DNA of 56,901 nt, filler included, from Sphacelaria rigidula (lineage: Eukaryota), in the NCBI GenBank assembly GCA_964200075.2. It is 6 parts of 6 records of this genome, joined end to end, with 100 filler letters (N's around TTAATTAATTAA, not from the genome) between each part and the next. Parts side by side here need not be neighbours in the genome. Positions count along the whole stretch, not along the records: positions 19,004 to 28,403 come from CAXNAA020008587.1; positions 28,504 to 37,903 come from CAXNAA020008588.1; 4 more parts are not named here. One strand, 5' to 3'. Below the pieces are notes generated by a model that saw only the letters and a program-made list of their open reading frames with translations, was not told the origin of the DNA and did not search any database. Positions within the stretch are counted from its first letter, which is position 1, and each line of letters starts with the position of its first letter. Made by a program: the position numbers and the translations under genes. This document shows, piece by piece, positions 25,760 to 38,003 of this stretch.

Positions 25760-26300
25760 AAAAGGTGTTCTGGACTTCCTTGTCGGGTTTGCAGTGGTCG
25801 TTGGTCACTGGCCTAAGTTTCACCCGGGATTAGAATCGTACAGGAAACCATTGGCCGTGATGCCCTTGTATGTTTGTCATGAGCTTCGTGTGAATGGCAG
25901 CTGCCCACCCCACGTTTTACCAGAACTTCAGAAGTGCCGAATCACCGAAAAAGAGCTCGAGTTTTGATGTGTACACATGACCCCGTACAGTGTGCCATCT
26001 GAGCACAGCCAAGACTTCGCCGCAGGGTCTCTGGTACGCCGATGAAGATAGGTGCGTGGAAGGCCGTCGTTTTCCCGTCAGTTTACACGAGAATATTTGC
26101 ACACTTACTCAATTAAGAGTCACTATCACTTACTTCAATAGGTGAGAGCTGCTTGCATACAGCGTTCCTTGTACCAATGCTTCACGACCACCTGAGGTCA
26201 CGGCAGACACTTCATGAATTTGTTCGACTTCACTGGTGAAGATCACAAGCATCTAAAACCAACCCAACCAATTGGCGTCGATACATTCGAACACTCTCGT
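25760..26300 (-). pseudogene. Possible Harbinger/ISL2EU-type transposase remnant
   Basis: Fragmentary minus-strand peptides GREAL..., HVY...WAAAIHTK and KPDKEVQNTFYRG resemble the 'YAxAIxxK...RP..Q..FYxG' motifs of DDE_Tnp_4 transposases; heavily decayed. Confidence 0.3.
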
Positions 26301-26649
26301 AGAAACGACAATCAGCTTGATCGCGGTCCCGCATCGTCGTCGCACAATGTCATCTCCTCGCACCGTTCTGTTTGTTGTCGTATACCCCTAGTGTGCTCTC
26401 TCTCTCTAAGTGAGTCCGTTGTATCAAGGTTCAACCCACCACTCTCCACGATACTCGCGTTGCACTTTTTACCGAGCGTTGTAGCAGCATTCCTGAAGCC
26501 GTTTAATCGCGTTCGTCGGATTTCATACTGTTCTGCCATCTTGAGGGTCCACGGTTTTCAGACGACGTGAATCAGAAATAGTTGCGCTACTATCGGCATT
26601 CTGTTTCGCGGAATACGCCTTTTCGGACGACTTGAACCGAAGCAAGAGT

Positions 26650-26730
26650 GGTACTATCGGGATTCGAATCCGTGAAACCTGCCCAGACCGACGCTAATGC
26701 ACCAGTGTTACCACCGAGCCTCGACCTATC
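26650..26730 (-). mobile_element. Degenerate tRNA-like SINE head
   Basis: Minus strand aggctcggtggt (A-box-like) and GGATTCGAATCCC (B-box-like); no full cloverleaf. Confidence 0.35.
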
Positions 26731-28239
26731 TATTTGCGACAAAAAAACAATACTGGATCCCGATGTCATTATTCGGTAAACTTATCGCTTCCTCATACGA
26801 TTGAGATGTCCCTTGTGCGAAGAAGTTGTTTTTAGAGGCTGATATGTACTGCGGGACATGCGGGATGACGTTTTGCCGGAATGTGCAGCTACTACTCCAG
26901 GATCACCCTGTAACAGTTTTTGTGGGCGCTTTTTTCGAGTTTGTCTCGGAAATAGTGTCAGTTTGACGGGTCTGTCGTTGTTATCTCATTATTGAGCAGA
27001 ATTTTGTTAGGCATGTTTCCCTGCGTATTCCATCTGATGCATACATCCTGTGACACCAGCCAAATATCTAGCAGGCCGACTCAGGCGGGACAGACAACCA
27101 AGGACTCAACCCCACACAAGTGAATAGGTACTCATACCTGACACACCCCAGACATTTGACCCCCAGACTGTACGCCTTCAACAGGATGAAGCAATGCTCT
27201 CACTAGAGCGGTCGCCGATGGAAAATTCGTGGATTCTGGGAGAGTCATGAGCACGGTGTAAATGAGGATGCTTGGTCAGCAATGAGAAGAACGTCGCCAT
27301 TATTTGGTCTAAAGATACATGGTTGTTTATGGTGGTTCCCGGGCATGTTGCCCATCCATTTTCCTCGCTTCCATATAACCACAATCCCACAGGCCGTTTT
27401 GTCCTCGTTATTCTCAAAATATTTTTTCCTTCAGGGTAACGCACACAATGCTCCATGTATCCAACATCTCCACCTGGCACCTTCTTTGTACTTTTCGGCA
27501 CTCAGTTTCTCGTGCAACGTGTCCACCACCTGCTCATCCTTTTTGCTTTTCTGGGCATCTATTTTGGTCTTGATACATTTTGCCGTCGGTGGATAGGCAG
27601 CCGTGGAACCCTTTCCGGGATACAACATCCACCTCGTCAACGAGGCCTATGGTATCCCGCCGGGCTGGCTCCAAAGTTCCCTCTACACGTGAGTTGGTGT
27701 TTCCGGTGATACCAAGATATCCCACGTGCAGGGTCTCCATGCCTTTCGCGAGCCTATTGTGTGTTCTCGACAAGGGGCTTTTTGGAAGTGGGCGTTTTTG
27801 CGGGCTAGCGGTGAAAATATTGATGTACCATGTTTCCGACGTCGTTTGCGTGAGATGGGTCGCGGAGCTAACAACCTCTGCACTAGACCTCTCCGTATTT
27901 TCTTTTATCTCCGCTCGCTAGTTGCCAACTCAATCCTTTTTGTTTCCTTTGATGACTCCTTTTCCCGCTTCGTCGCGTTGGTGTCGCCAATGTGAAACAA
28001 TTGTGAGATCTTGTCGGACGCCCAAACGTTACACCCATCTTGTATCAAGTAGTAGTACAGTTATGTGAGGGATAATCGAGTACGATTTTCGAGCCATGCG
28101 TATGACGTATCAGTGAAGGAAGGTAATGGTCACCAGAACGTTCAAGAGTTTAGTCCTCACGCATTGGTGTTGCTGCGAAGGCATCCCATTCATTCACCCA
28201 CCCAAGTGGCAACTGCATCGCACATGTTAATTTGGTAGT

Positions 28240-28380
28240 CCCCCCCCGGTGCTCCGTCTCAAAAGGGATGCGTGGTCAATGGCCAAGCGCCTAAGGCAAA
28301 CAACAAATGAGTACGCCGATGGCCAAACGACTAAGGCATGCAACAAATGAGTACGCCCACCCCCCCCCCCCCCCCCCCCG
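28240..28380 (+). repeat. C-run-anchored short element with a tandemly duplicated 40-bp terminal segment
   Basis: C8-ggt-gctccgtctcaaaagggatgcg..., then atggccaa..ctaaggca..caacaaatgagtacgcc twice, then a long C-run. Confidence 0.75.
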
Positions 28381-28403
28381 CCCGCCTAGGCGGGCGGGTG
28401 CTC

Positions 28404-28503
28404 NNNNNNNNNNNNNNNNNNNNNNNNNNNNNNNNNNNNNNNNNNNNTTAATTAATTAANNNNNNNNNNNNNNNNNNNNNNNNNNNNNNNNNNNNNNNNN
28501 NNN
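28404..28503. other. Artificial contig spacer
   Basis: N + TTAATTAATTAA + N. Confidence 0.97.
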
Positions 28504-28877
28504 ACTTGAGCCTCAATTCAGAGTTAAACCTTAATTCACACAATTTGCTGTTGTTTGCTGACATTTCCGGTTTCGTGCCGATGAAGAGTCAAGAGACTTG
28601 TTTTGGGCAAAGCTTTGAGAATTCGGGGCTTGCTATCGCTTTGTTACTCAAAGTGGTACAAGTAACGTGATTGCATGTGCATGATGGACGATATTGTCTT
28701 GGAATCTCTTGCGAGTTGTTCGAAAGTGGGGCAAGCTTGTATGGAGCTGGTGTCGAAAGTAGCGGAAGAGATCCTATTTCTTTGCTGAAACCGACGGTAC
28801 TATCAGGCACCAATGATGTCTGAGTTTGTTAAGCTCTGCTGTAACTACTTGTTAGTAGTAGAGAGCTTAGGGGGTGC

Positions 28878-29136
28878 TGTAGGCTCTAGCCATCATTGTT
28901 ACCTAGGTTAGGGACTTTTGTAGGTGGAGTTGCGGGTCTGATTGCTGGACTCTGTGATAGTGACCTCCATGACGAGTAGGCTAGATTTTTGCCACTCTGA
29001 TGGAGAGAGGCTATGGCCATGTTCTCCTGCACTCTGCTGAGGGTTAATACATAAATAACTAAAGCTGCTGAAGTCCATATGCCCGTGATGGGAGGAGTCC
29101 ACATGGCAATCTGATCTTGAGTGACAGAAGTCTACA
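28878..29136 (+). mobile_element. Putative 259-bp 3' LTR of an upstream LTR element
   Basis: Purine-rich gagagcttagggggtgc (PPT-like) immediately before TGTAGGCT...AGTCTACA (7/8 terminal inverted repeat); no PBS follows. Confidence 0.5.
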
Positions 29137-32100
29137 GTCCGGACCCCCAACTGCTGGCACTACTGCCCGCGCTGCCCTGCCGGCACACACTTTGTCAATA
29201 TCCGCGGCTACTTTTCGCGCCCCGGCTGATCATGACTTGTTGACAAATGTTTTGACTTCTGCTTTGCCCAACTCAGGACACCCGTCTTCGGCCCCAGCGG
29301 CTGCTTCTGGCATAAATCTGGAACCAGCCCCCATACCAGACGCTAGTATAGCCGCAGCACTGCATGTTCTATGCAATACCTTGCTCCGCTCTCCTTCGGC
29401 TTTCGCCGACATGCAAGCAACCCACAGTGCCCAGCCCCGCCAAACCGCGCCCACCCCCACCGGACCTCGACTTTCACCCACACCGCCACGCCCGCGTTCC
29501 CCCCGACACAACATACCCACCCCCGCTCAACGGATGACCGTGCGTGACGACAATTCGAGACATACCTCTCGTTCCTCCCGTATTCTACTGCCTCAAAGGT
29601 CTCTTCACGTCGGCGCTCCCCACGTAATAATGTTACTGTGCACGCCGACGCCATGAGGGACATTGTTTCAGATTTTCCTTCCGCAGAGGAATCGTCGATT
29701 GCGCATTCCAGCGACCAACCGCCCTACGACTCACGTCATCGCAGCCGGTATGCCCGACCCACACGCGGTAGGTCTTCCCGCTCTGACGCGGCAGTTATCC
29801 GTTCCTTGCGGCGACAACTTGCCGATTCACAGCGCACCGTACAAACACTTGTGAACAACCCCGTATCTCCGCCCCCCACTGCGCCCCCCAAACCCACAGC
29901 GTTTGCTGCCCCGGCTCCAGCTCCCGCTGCCGCCACCGTCGCCGCCACTGACGACGATAGTGGTACCCATACTGACTCCGGGGTCCCTCGTGCACTCGCA
30001 CCCGCTTCAATCCTCTCTGCATCTACTGTCGCGCCGTCCAACCCTGCGCCCTCGTCGCAGCAGGACCGCCCACAGTTAGGTCCGGAGCACTGCCCTTTGG
30101 GCTGCTCCCGCGTATTTTCATAGACCATGATCGCACTACCCAAGAACAACTTATCCGAGACTATGCTGACTACGCACCGGCCATGAATGATCTCGTCAAT
30201 CGGCAACGCAACACAGAGGCAGCGGCGTCTACACTTTCCACCGAGGAGTATCACGCTCCTCTCTGCAATCTAGAGGAGGAGCACTCACGCGCCTCTCTCG
30301 CCGTAACCGCTCCTCGATCCCACCCCAAGCCATCCCCACCCCCCCTACGTCGACCGCCCGCCCCGACACCAGTGCCGAACCGCGCCGCTTCTCCATCCAC
30401 TGCGATGCTATCCCTTGCTTCACGCGTTTTGTGAAGACTCTTGCGGGCAAGTACACCCCCTCGAATCCTTTGCGAAGTTCTCGCGACGCTTGGCTAGCAC
30501 TCGCTCGACCGCTTCAAAGCGCCGTAGCTTCCTACTTGGACCATGACGGGGTCTGCCCTTCGGATGGTCCCCTTTCGATCACCATTGGCCAGTTAGTCCG
30601 CCACATCGAACAAACAACCAACTCCTACAAACTGTCCATTGTGGAGCTCTTCGACGCGTTGCGCGCCGCCTCCAAATCCGCCACAGCCCACGTTAATGAC
30701 GGCTGGACCACGGTGACTTCTCGTCGCTGCCGCCACAGACATGATGTTGCCGACCCTGAGCGCAATCGCCACGGTGATTATCACAACCACCACGGAGGAT
30801 CAAGCTCCTCCTCTGGGAAAAATCGACCACACCGTGTAACTCGTCCCACCACCGGTTTGGACCAGACACATCAGAATAACGGCTCGTCGAGCTCTTCTTC
30901 CGCCAAGCCCAGGATTCGGTCTGCCGCATACTCGCCTGCGTCGACTTCTGCCGCCCTAAGTCGTGCTACACCGCGTTTAGCAGATGTTTCGCGCCACATT
31001 TTAGGCCTTTCGGACGACAACTCGGATAAACCGGTATCTTCAACTTCGGCTTGCATTCTGGCTGCCGCTGCCGCCGGGCGAGAGCAAGCCGCTACTAATG
31101 CAGCAGCAGCCGCCGCTTGAGCGGAATCCGCCTGCACCGCCGCCATTCAGAGAGAATACATCCAAATGGACGTGAAAAAACTTTGGCATGTGAAATCCAT
31201 GCCTGCAGCAGACAACGAAGACCCGGGACAACTCACTTCTGCTCTCATCACCTCTATACGCCGCACTCTTCGAAACATCCTTCAGCTAGCAGACTCTACG
31301 GGTGCTCAACGTTTCGAAAATTCCAACTGGGTTGACGGTTGGCAGACTCCTCTCCACAAAGCTCTGCACCGCGCCATCAACCGCCGCTCGCCCGACACTG
31401 CCGCTGCTTTGACGCAAGTTCTTGATGGAGCGCGTTTGTCCATTAAGAAAATACTTTGACGCCAGCCATTCGCGGCGACAAGTATGCTTCATCTCGTTCC
31501 CAGTGTGCTTCTGTGCCTTCTTCGACCCCTTCAGGGTCCCGTCACCGGTCTCACACTTCGCTTCGTTCCTCGTGGGTGCCCGCCTCCGTGGCCGGCTCCG
31601 TCATGAGCGTTGCAAACAAGACAGATCCGTTCAGCGCCAGTTTTGACGGATGGCCGTACTCCACCGAGACTTGGGATTATGTTTACACTGTGTCTACCTC
31701 TGCGTTTACTACAGATGACCCACATCTGTGGAACCCCCTCCTCTCGTCTGCTGCCAGACACGAGGCCTTCAGCCGCCACGCAAATAGTTGCATCAATTGT
31801 AACACCCAGGGATACAGTATGCACGATTGTACTCGCCCTTGTATCAACTCTTTCGACCTCATGAACTCTGAGCTGCAGGGCAATGAGCCAGCATGGCGCC
31901 GATGGCAGAAACGCATGCGTGAATACCGCACACCCAACCGTCATTTTCGCCCCCCTTTCGACAACCGCGACAACACTCGCTCGAATCGCGACAATCGCCC
32001 CAATAGCTACGACAACTCTGGCTCCCAGCGAAGAGAGGGTTCTTCTCACCGTCACCGGAATTCAGCCGATAGACACAAGCGCACGGGCCCGAATCACATT

Positions 32101-35100
32101 CACTCGAACCCCAACGCCAGAAACCCTGGTTCCTTTATGACTGATCGTACCGATCCATGACATGCCGACGCCGGCGTTGTTACGTCTTCGGCGTCGCCGA
32201 CAGCACACACGAAGACTATTTCAACACCAACCACGGAACGAGCGACCAAACCTTCTCGCTCAACCTCCCCGGCACTGTGCAGGAGTTCTGATGACGGCCG
32301 CTCATATAGACCCTCGTCTTCACCTCCTCGCACACAGCGTAACAGTTGCGTTGACTCACAACTTAGCCCTACCCTCGGCTCTGGACATGGTCCTCCGGAA
32401 CTGAGCGTAGGTCTGACGTGTGGGAACACCAAACGCCCGTCTTCTTAGGCTAAGGCTTCCCTCAGCGACCGCACGCACAGGCAGTAGTGTAATTCATTCG
32501 ACTGGTTCAAGTGTCGCCGGTCAGAATTCGACCGCTTCGGACCAGGTAACACCCACCCAGGTCGAACAAGTTCATTCTTCGCGTTCATTGCACCATGCGA
32601 AGCTACCCCTGAATGGTTCCCACATAAACCATCTTACTACACCTTCGGCTATGACTCCTCAGCCAAGCTTGCCAGAGGACAGTCCACAAGCTTCGCCCGA
32701 GCATGCCCCGATGCTGACCCCATCCACTCAACTGGACGCAGTCGGGTTTTCCCCAAACACTTCGGACGTTCCCCGCCCTTTGTCACGGCGAGAGAGGAAG
32801 CCCCGTGAACATGCTCGCACTGAAGCGCGCGCATCAACACGTACATCTCCATCGAGTGGAAAATCTCGACCTCTTTCTCTCCAAAATGTGACGACTTTGA
32901 GCTCGATTACTTTATCAAGTGTTCCAGAAGAATCCAAATCAGATATTTCGGATATTCCTACCTCTTCTGCGCACTACACTGAACAAGACGGGTCTACTTT
33001 AGACGTTGATCCCTGCCTTCCCAACACGGTCATGTATGAAATTTCTCATGACCAGCCAAGCTGTGCTCACTCTGGGGACTACATACCATCCACCAAACTT
33101 CCTGGTGAGAAAGTTGACCCCCGGCGGATCACCCGCCCTCCGTTTAAGCCGTCAGCACTACTGATTCCGATCAATTTACCTTGGCTGAACACGGTCCGGA
33201 TCTTGTCGGCGGTAAAGTGTCTGTTGACCCTGCCACTTTTACCACTCGCGTAGCGCTCTATTGTGGACCATACGCAACCACGACTGCCGAATGCGTCTCT
33301 TTGTTAGACAGCGGCAGCCCACAAAGATTTATTCGTGAATCAATGTTGGAACATATGAAACAGATTGGCGCTGCTTCAGCAGCTTGCGAAATCACCACCG
33401 AACCCCGAGTATGGGGGGTTTTGGTGACTCCACCGCACCTTTGACCACACGAATATCAGTTCGTCTCAATGTGCAATTCTTTCACAACACAACTCGTTCT
33501 GCCAGCCTTGCAGTCTGGGCATATGTTGTCCCCGACAGCACCATGGCTCACGCCTTACTCATGAGCCGAGATAGTTACATGCGGTTTGATCAACGCACCT
33601 ACAGGACCGCACACTACCACCATTATCGCCACAGTCTGCGCCTCGTGGAGAACTCATCCTTAAACATTTCGGTACTTTTCACGGCGCCTTGGCCTATCAA
33701 AAAAATGAACAAGCTACCGGAACTACTTACCACCTCCGATACGATGGTACTGCTGGTGTTACCCTCTGCGATGATCCTCAACTGCTAAAAGTTGCCCTCG
33801 TTCGCCGAAATGGCATGCCTGCCCTTCCGGGACATTATCTCGCTGAAATGCTTCCTCGGGTTGGTGCGCCTGCCGGCACAGAACACTTTGTCTCCGTAGG
33901 GAAACAAATTTTGCCACTCATGGGTCATGCTAATTTGGAACCCGGGGATGTTTTAGGTATTGCTGCTGCTCCCCTCATGCACATTCCACTTGAAACATGT
34001 ACCACTGAACCCTTGACGCCCGACTCGGCGCCTCAGACGGACGGTTCTGTCAATTGCGTCGATGAGCCTTACTTCGACGTAACCTCTTCGTCCCCGTCAC
34101 GTATTCACACCGTAGATCCTGCGCCTTCAACATCCGACCCTCCTGCTGAAGTGCTGCAACGCCTATCGCCAGAATCTCGGACAAGTTTCTTGCACATCCA
34201 TCCCATTTACGTGACATCAACCTTGACCTACATGGACTCAGTTGAGAACCCGCTGTAATAAAATAATTGAGCGATGTTTTATTGGAGTACCAAGATCGAT
34301 TTTCTCGATCCAAAACGGATCTGGGGCATTGAAAAACGCTGCCCTTTGAAATCACCCTTCAACCTGGCATTTCGCCAGTCTTTTCTCGACCGTATCGGAC
34401 GAACCCCATCCTTACCAAAAACGTTAACGCTATTTAAGATGCGTACTTAGGTGCCGGACTCATCGAATGCTCCTCTTCTCCGTGGGCCTCACCGCTCGTG
34501 GTAGTCCCCAAAAAGGATGGAAACATACGCATCACCGTGAATTATCAACGGCTAAATCGCGTTATTGTAGTGGGGAAACTTCCAATTCATCGCTTGATGA
34601 AGTTTTTGACTCTCTAGGCGAAGGCAAAATATTCAGTGCCTTCGACCTCGCTTCTGGATTTTTTCAGAATGCCATCCACCCTAATACAGTCCCACTGACA
34701 GCGTTCTGTACATCTTCTGGGCTCTACGAATGGTACCGTATGCCACAAGGTGCCGCCACTGCATCAAGTTGTTTCCAACGCTTAATGCAACGCGTTACCG
34801 AGAATCTCGGACACGTCATTATGTACTTGGACGACGCTGTTGTATACGATGCCTTTCCTCTTGCGCATGTGCACACCTTACGAGAGTTTCTTTCTCGACT
34901 GCGGAAACATGATTTGAAACTGTCTCCATTCAAAGCTCGCCTTGGCGCGACTGAACTGGATTTTCTGGGACACTTAATTTCACCGGCGGGTCTACACCCC
35001 GAAACCAAGAAAGTCAGGGAAATGACTGAATTGCCGATGCCCACAAACATTACTCAACTCCGCTCATTATTAGGTTGACTGTCCTACTATCGCAAAATTT

Positions 35101-37903
35101 TGCCTAACCTGTCCAAACGGATTCGCCCCCATTACGGACTTGCATAAAAAAGGCGCCGCGTTTGTCTTCACCAAAGATATGGAAGCTATCGTGCGCGACT
35201 TGCTGAAAACGCTCACCGAAAAACCGGTTCTTTGTTTCCCAGATTGGGATGCCGTCCAAGACGGCTCTCGCCGCTTTCAACTGCATACAGACGCGAGCAC
35301 CGACGGGTTCGGCGCGGTCCTGAATCAACCTCACCTCGATGGCTCTATTCGACCCATCCTCTATATCAGTCTCGCCACCCTACCAAACGAGGCCAACTAG
35401 AGTCCACTGGAGCTGGAAGACGCAGTCATCACTTGGGCCATCAAGCGCCTTCAACAAAATTTGTTCCGTGTGCCTTTCCAAATCTACACGGATCACGGAG
35501 CACTTGAACAACTCGCCAAAGTTGGCGAACATTGTGCAACGCTGGTTGGAGTTCCTGACAGCTTATCAATTTACTGTCAACCACCGCCCTGACAAAACCA
35601 ACGGGAATGCTGACCTTCTCTCCCGCTTGCCCCTCCCTCCAACGGCTGTCGATTTCAGCCCCGCTTGCCGACTAACTGAACCCGATGAACCTGGCGTGTA
35701 CTCTAGCCGGCGTTTCTCAACGCCCATTTACGCCCTTGACCTTCATTGCCCAGAGACGGGTATGCACATGGGCGGCCCTCGCCACCTACCGTATGATGCA
35801 GTCTTGGGTGGGCTAAAACCCACAGACGCCGATTTCGCCGATTTCCGTACTATCGATCCTCGCGTAAATATTGCAGTTTCACCACCTCCAGTTGTCCATC
35901 TCATTTCCGACAATACGCGGTCTCGGTCTGCCGCCCGCGCTGACCCCCCCCGCGCCCTGCCGCCACCGACAACACCTACTGCTCCTGCGAGCAGCGTAGC
36001 GCCGGCTCCCCGCAACACCGCACCACGAGCCTTGACAACCCCCGCCACGCGCAGTTCTCACAACAACCGCCGAGCGCGATCTCCGGCGCTCACTACTGCG
36101 ACATCGCCGCCCGCCGCGGCCCCGTCCGTGCCCGCCCCTTCTGATGCTCCCGATGTACACATCGACGTTGGCACCTCCCCCCCATCGCCTGTTCCACCGC
36201 TCCCTGGGCCACCATGTCTGGTCGGCTCTCCGGCGGAAGGCCAACTGCGTGAATTTCTCGCCAGTTACTCCCACTATGATAGGGCTCGTGAACAACAAGC
36301 AGAGCCATATCCATTATGCCGCGCTACCATGCGGTACCTCCGTGCTGGCTGCCCTGCCCCTATCCCGGCCAATATATTGGCCCCGGTTGGCACACTGCCA
36401 CCACCAAACGCCGCTGAAGTGTACGAACTCACACGTAAAGGTACTATATTCATAACTGATGACGGAATCGAACTGCTTGTCCGCCGCCCTACGCCTCAGC
36501 GGGGTGTAAGTTCATCCGCGCCCACTAGACGTCATGCACGCCTACTCGACGATGAACCCACTCGGATATATGTCCCATTTTTGATGCGACCGTGGGTAAT
36601 GAAAGGCCGCCACACTGACCTGCCTTGCCACCCTGGTGTCACGCGCACATTAGCGTTACTCGAACGCTTTTACTGGTGGATCGGTATGAAAGTGTCCACC
36701 CGCTTCTGGATTCGGCGATGCTTCACGTGTCAAGCTCGCAAAACCTCACGACAGACAATACGTTGGCCAGTCATTTCGATGGCACTTCCCCACGCTCCTG
36801 GTCACCTCGTGTTTTTCGACTATTTCGGTCCGTTACCGCCCACTGACCGTGGCAACACCTACATCTTGCGCTTTACCGACCGTTTTAGCCGTCACGCAGC
36901 CATGTACGCCGTCACCGCTGGAGACGTCACAGCTGCAGGCACCGCTAACATCTTAGTTCACGGCTATACCAAGCAATACGGTTGCCCGAAACGGCTTCTC
37001 TCTGACAATGGTCAGCAATTTTGCTCCGATCTCTCGGACGAACTGTATATGCTCCTGGGCATTCGAAAGATAGCCACGAGCGCTTATCACCCTAATGGTA
37101 ACGGTGGTACTGAAAGAGTTAACCACACCATGGCCCAGATGCTGTCTATGGTAGTCAACGATCGACAAAACGATTGGGATCTCCATCTCTCACATGTCAT
37201 GCTGTCTTACAACAACTCGGTCAACGCTGCTACCGGTCTTTCTCCGAACGAGTTACATCTCGGCTGCTACCCCCGCCTGCCCATCACTGTGTTTGAGAGA
37301 CACACCTTTGATGGCCACCAAGGCTTGGATCAGGATCAGATATCCTACCATGACCTGGCGCGTGCACGCCAGCGCAAAGCTTTTACTCTCGTGCGTGAAC
37401 AACACGCTATCAACGCCTCGCGTCTTGAGAGATCTGATAATGCTCTCTACAACCTGATGCACAAACGATCTACTTGGAAGGTTGGCGATTAGGTCTGGGT
37501 TTACAACAGCCTTCAACCATCCGCCAAGGCGCCGACAGAGCCGCCAACGAGACAGTCTTGAAGACCAAGCTATCCCTCAACTGGACAGGACCATTTAAGA
37601 TTCTGACCGTAGGACCCTCGCCATCATCACCTGATGGCAAACCTGTTGGTGACAAACTTCTTTATCTCGATCTCCCTCTCGATCTTCAGGGACATGACGC
37701 CAAATCTCGCGTCTCTGTGCACCGTTGTAAACCTTGCATCAATCCGCATGACACTAAAGACCTGCCCAAATATCTACCTGCCGGTCTTACGCAGTACGTA
37801 CTTAACAGCTATTCGACCAAATCACCGCCTTATCACGTTACTACCGACGATGTGACGGAACAACCCCTTCGTCTCGCCGTGTCCCACATTTCTGGTCACC
37901 AGA
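29137..37903 (+). mobile_element. Decayed Ty3/Gypsy LTR retrotransposon 1 (gag-PR-RT-RH-IN), cut by contig end
   Basis: Zinc knuckle CINCNTQGYSMHDC (31789-31830); protease LLDSG (33301); RT DLASGFFQ, MPQG, YLDD (34824); RNase H HTDAS; integrase H..H..CFTC, FDYFGP, SDNGQQF, TERVNHT; WTGPF; possible chromodomain start at the gap. Multiple stops and frameshifts. Confidence 0.95.
35339..37492 (+). pseudogene. Longest open segment of Gypsy 1 pol (RNase H end, Pro/Ala linker, integrase)
   Basis: 717-aa ORF with RWLEFL...NADLLSRL, HHCC and D,D(35)E motifs; ends at a premature TAG. Confidence 0.9.
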
Positions 37904-38003
37904 NNNNNNNNNNNNNNNNNNNNNNNNNNNNNNNNNNNNNNNNNNNNTTAATTAATTAANNNNNNNNNNNNNNNNNNNNNNNNNNNNNNNNNNNNNNNNN
38001 NNN
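37904..38003. other. Artificial contig spacer
   Basis: N + TTAATTAATTAA + N. Confidence 0.97.

Noticed and set aside
27178-27900. MULE-like transposase remnant (GNTNSRVEG) on the minus strand
   Set aside because: One short motif among broken frames is not enough support.
32158-32445. Programmed UGA-C readthrough at the end of Gypsy 1 gag
   Set aside because: The frame stays open after the TGA, but the element has many random stops, so a nonsense mutation is simpler.
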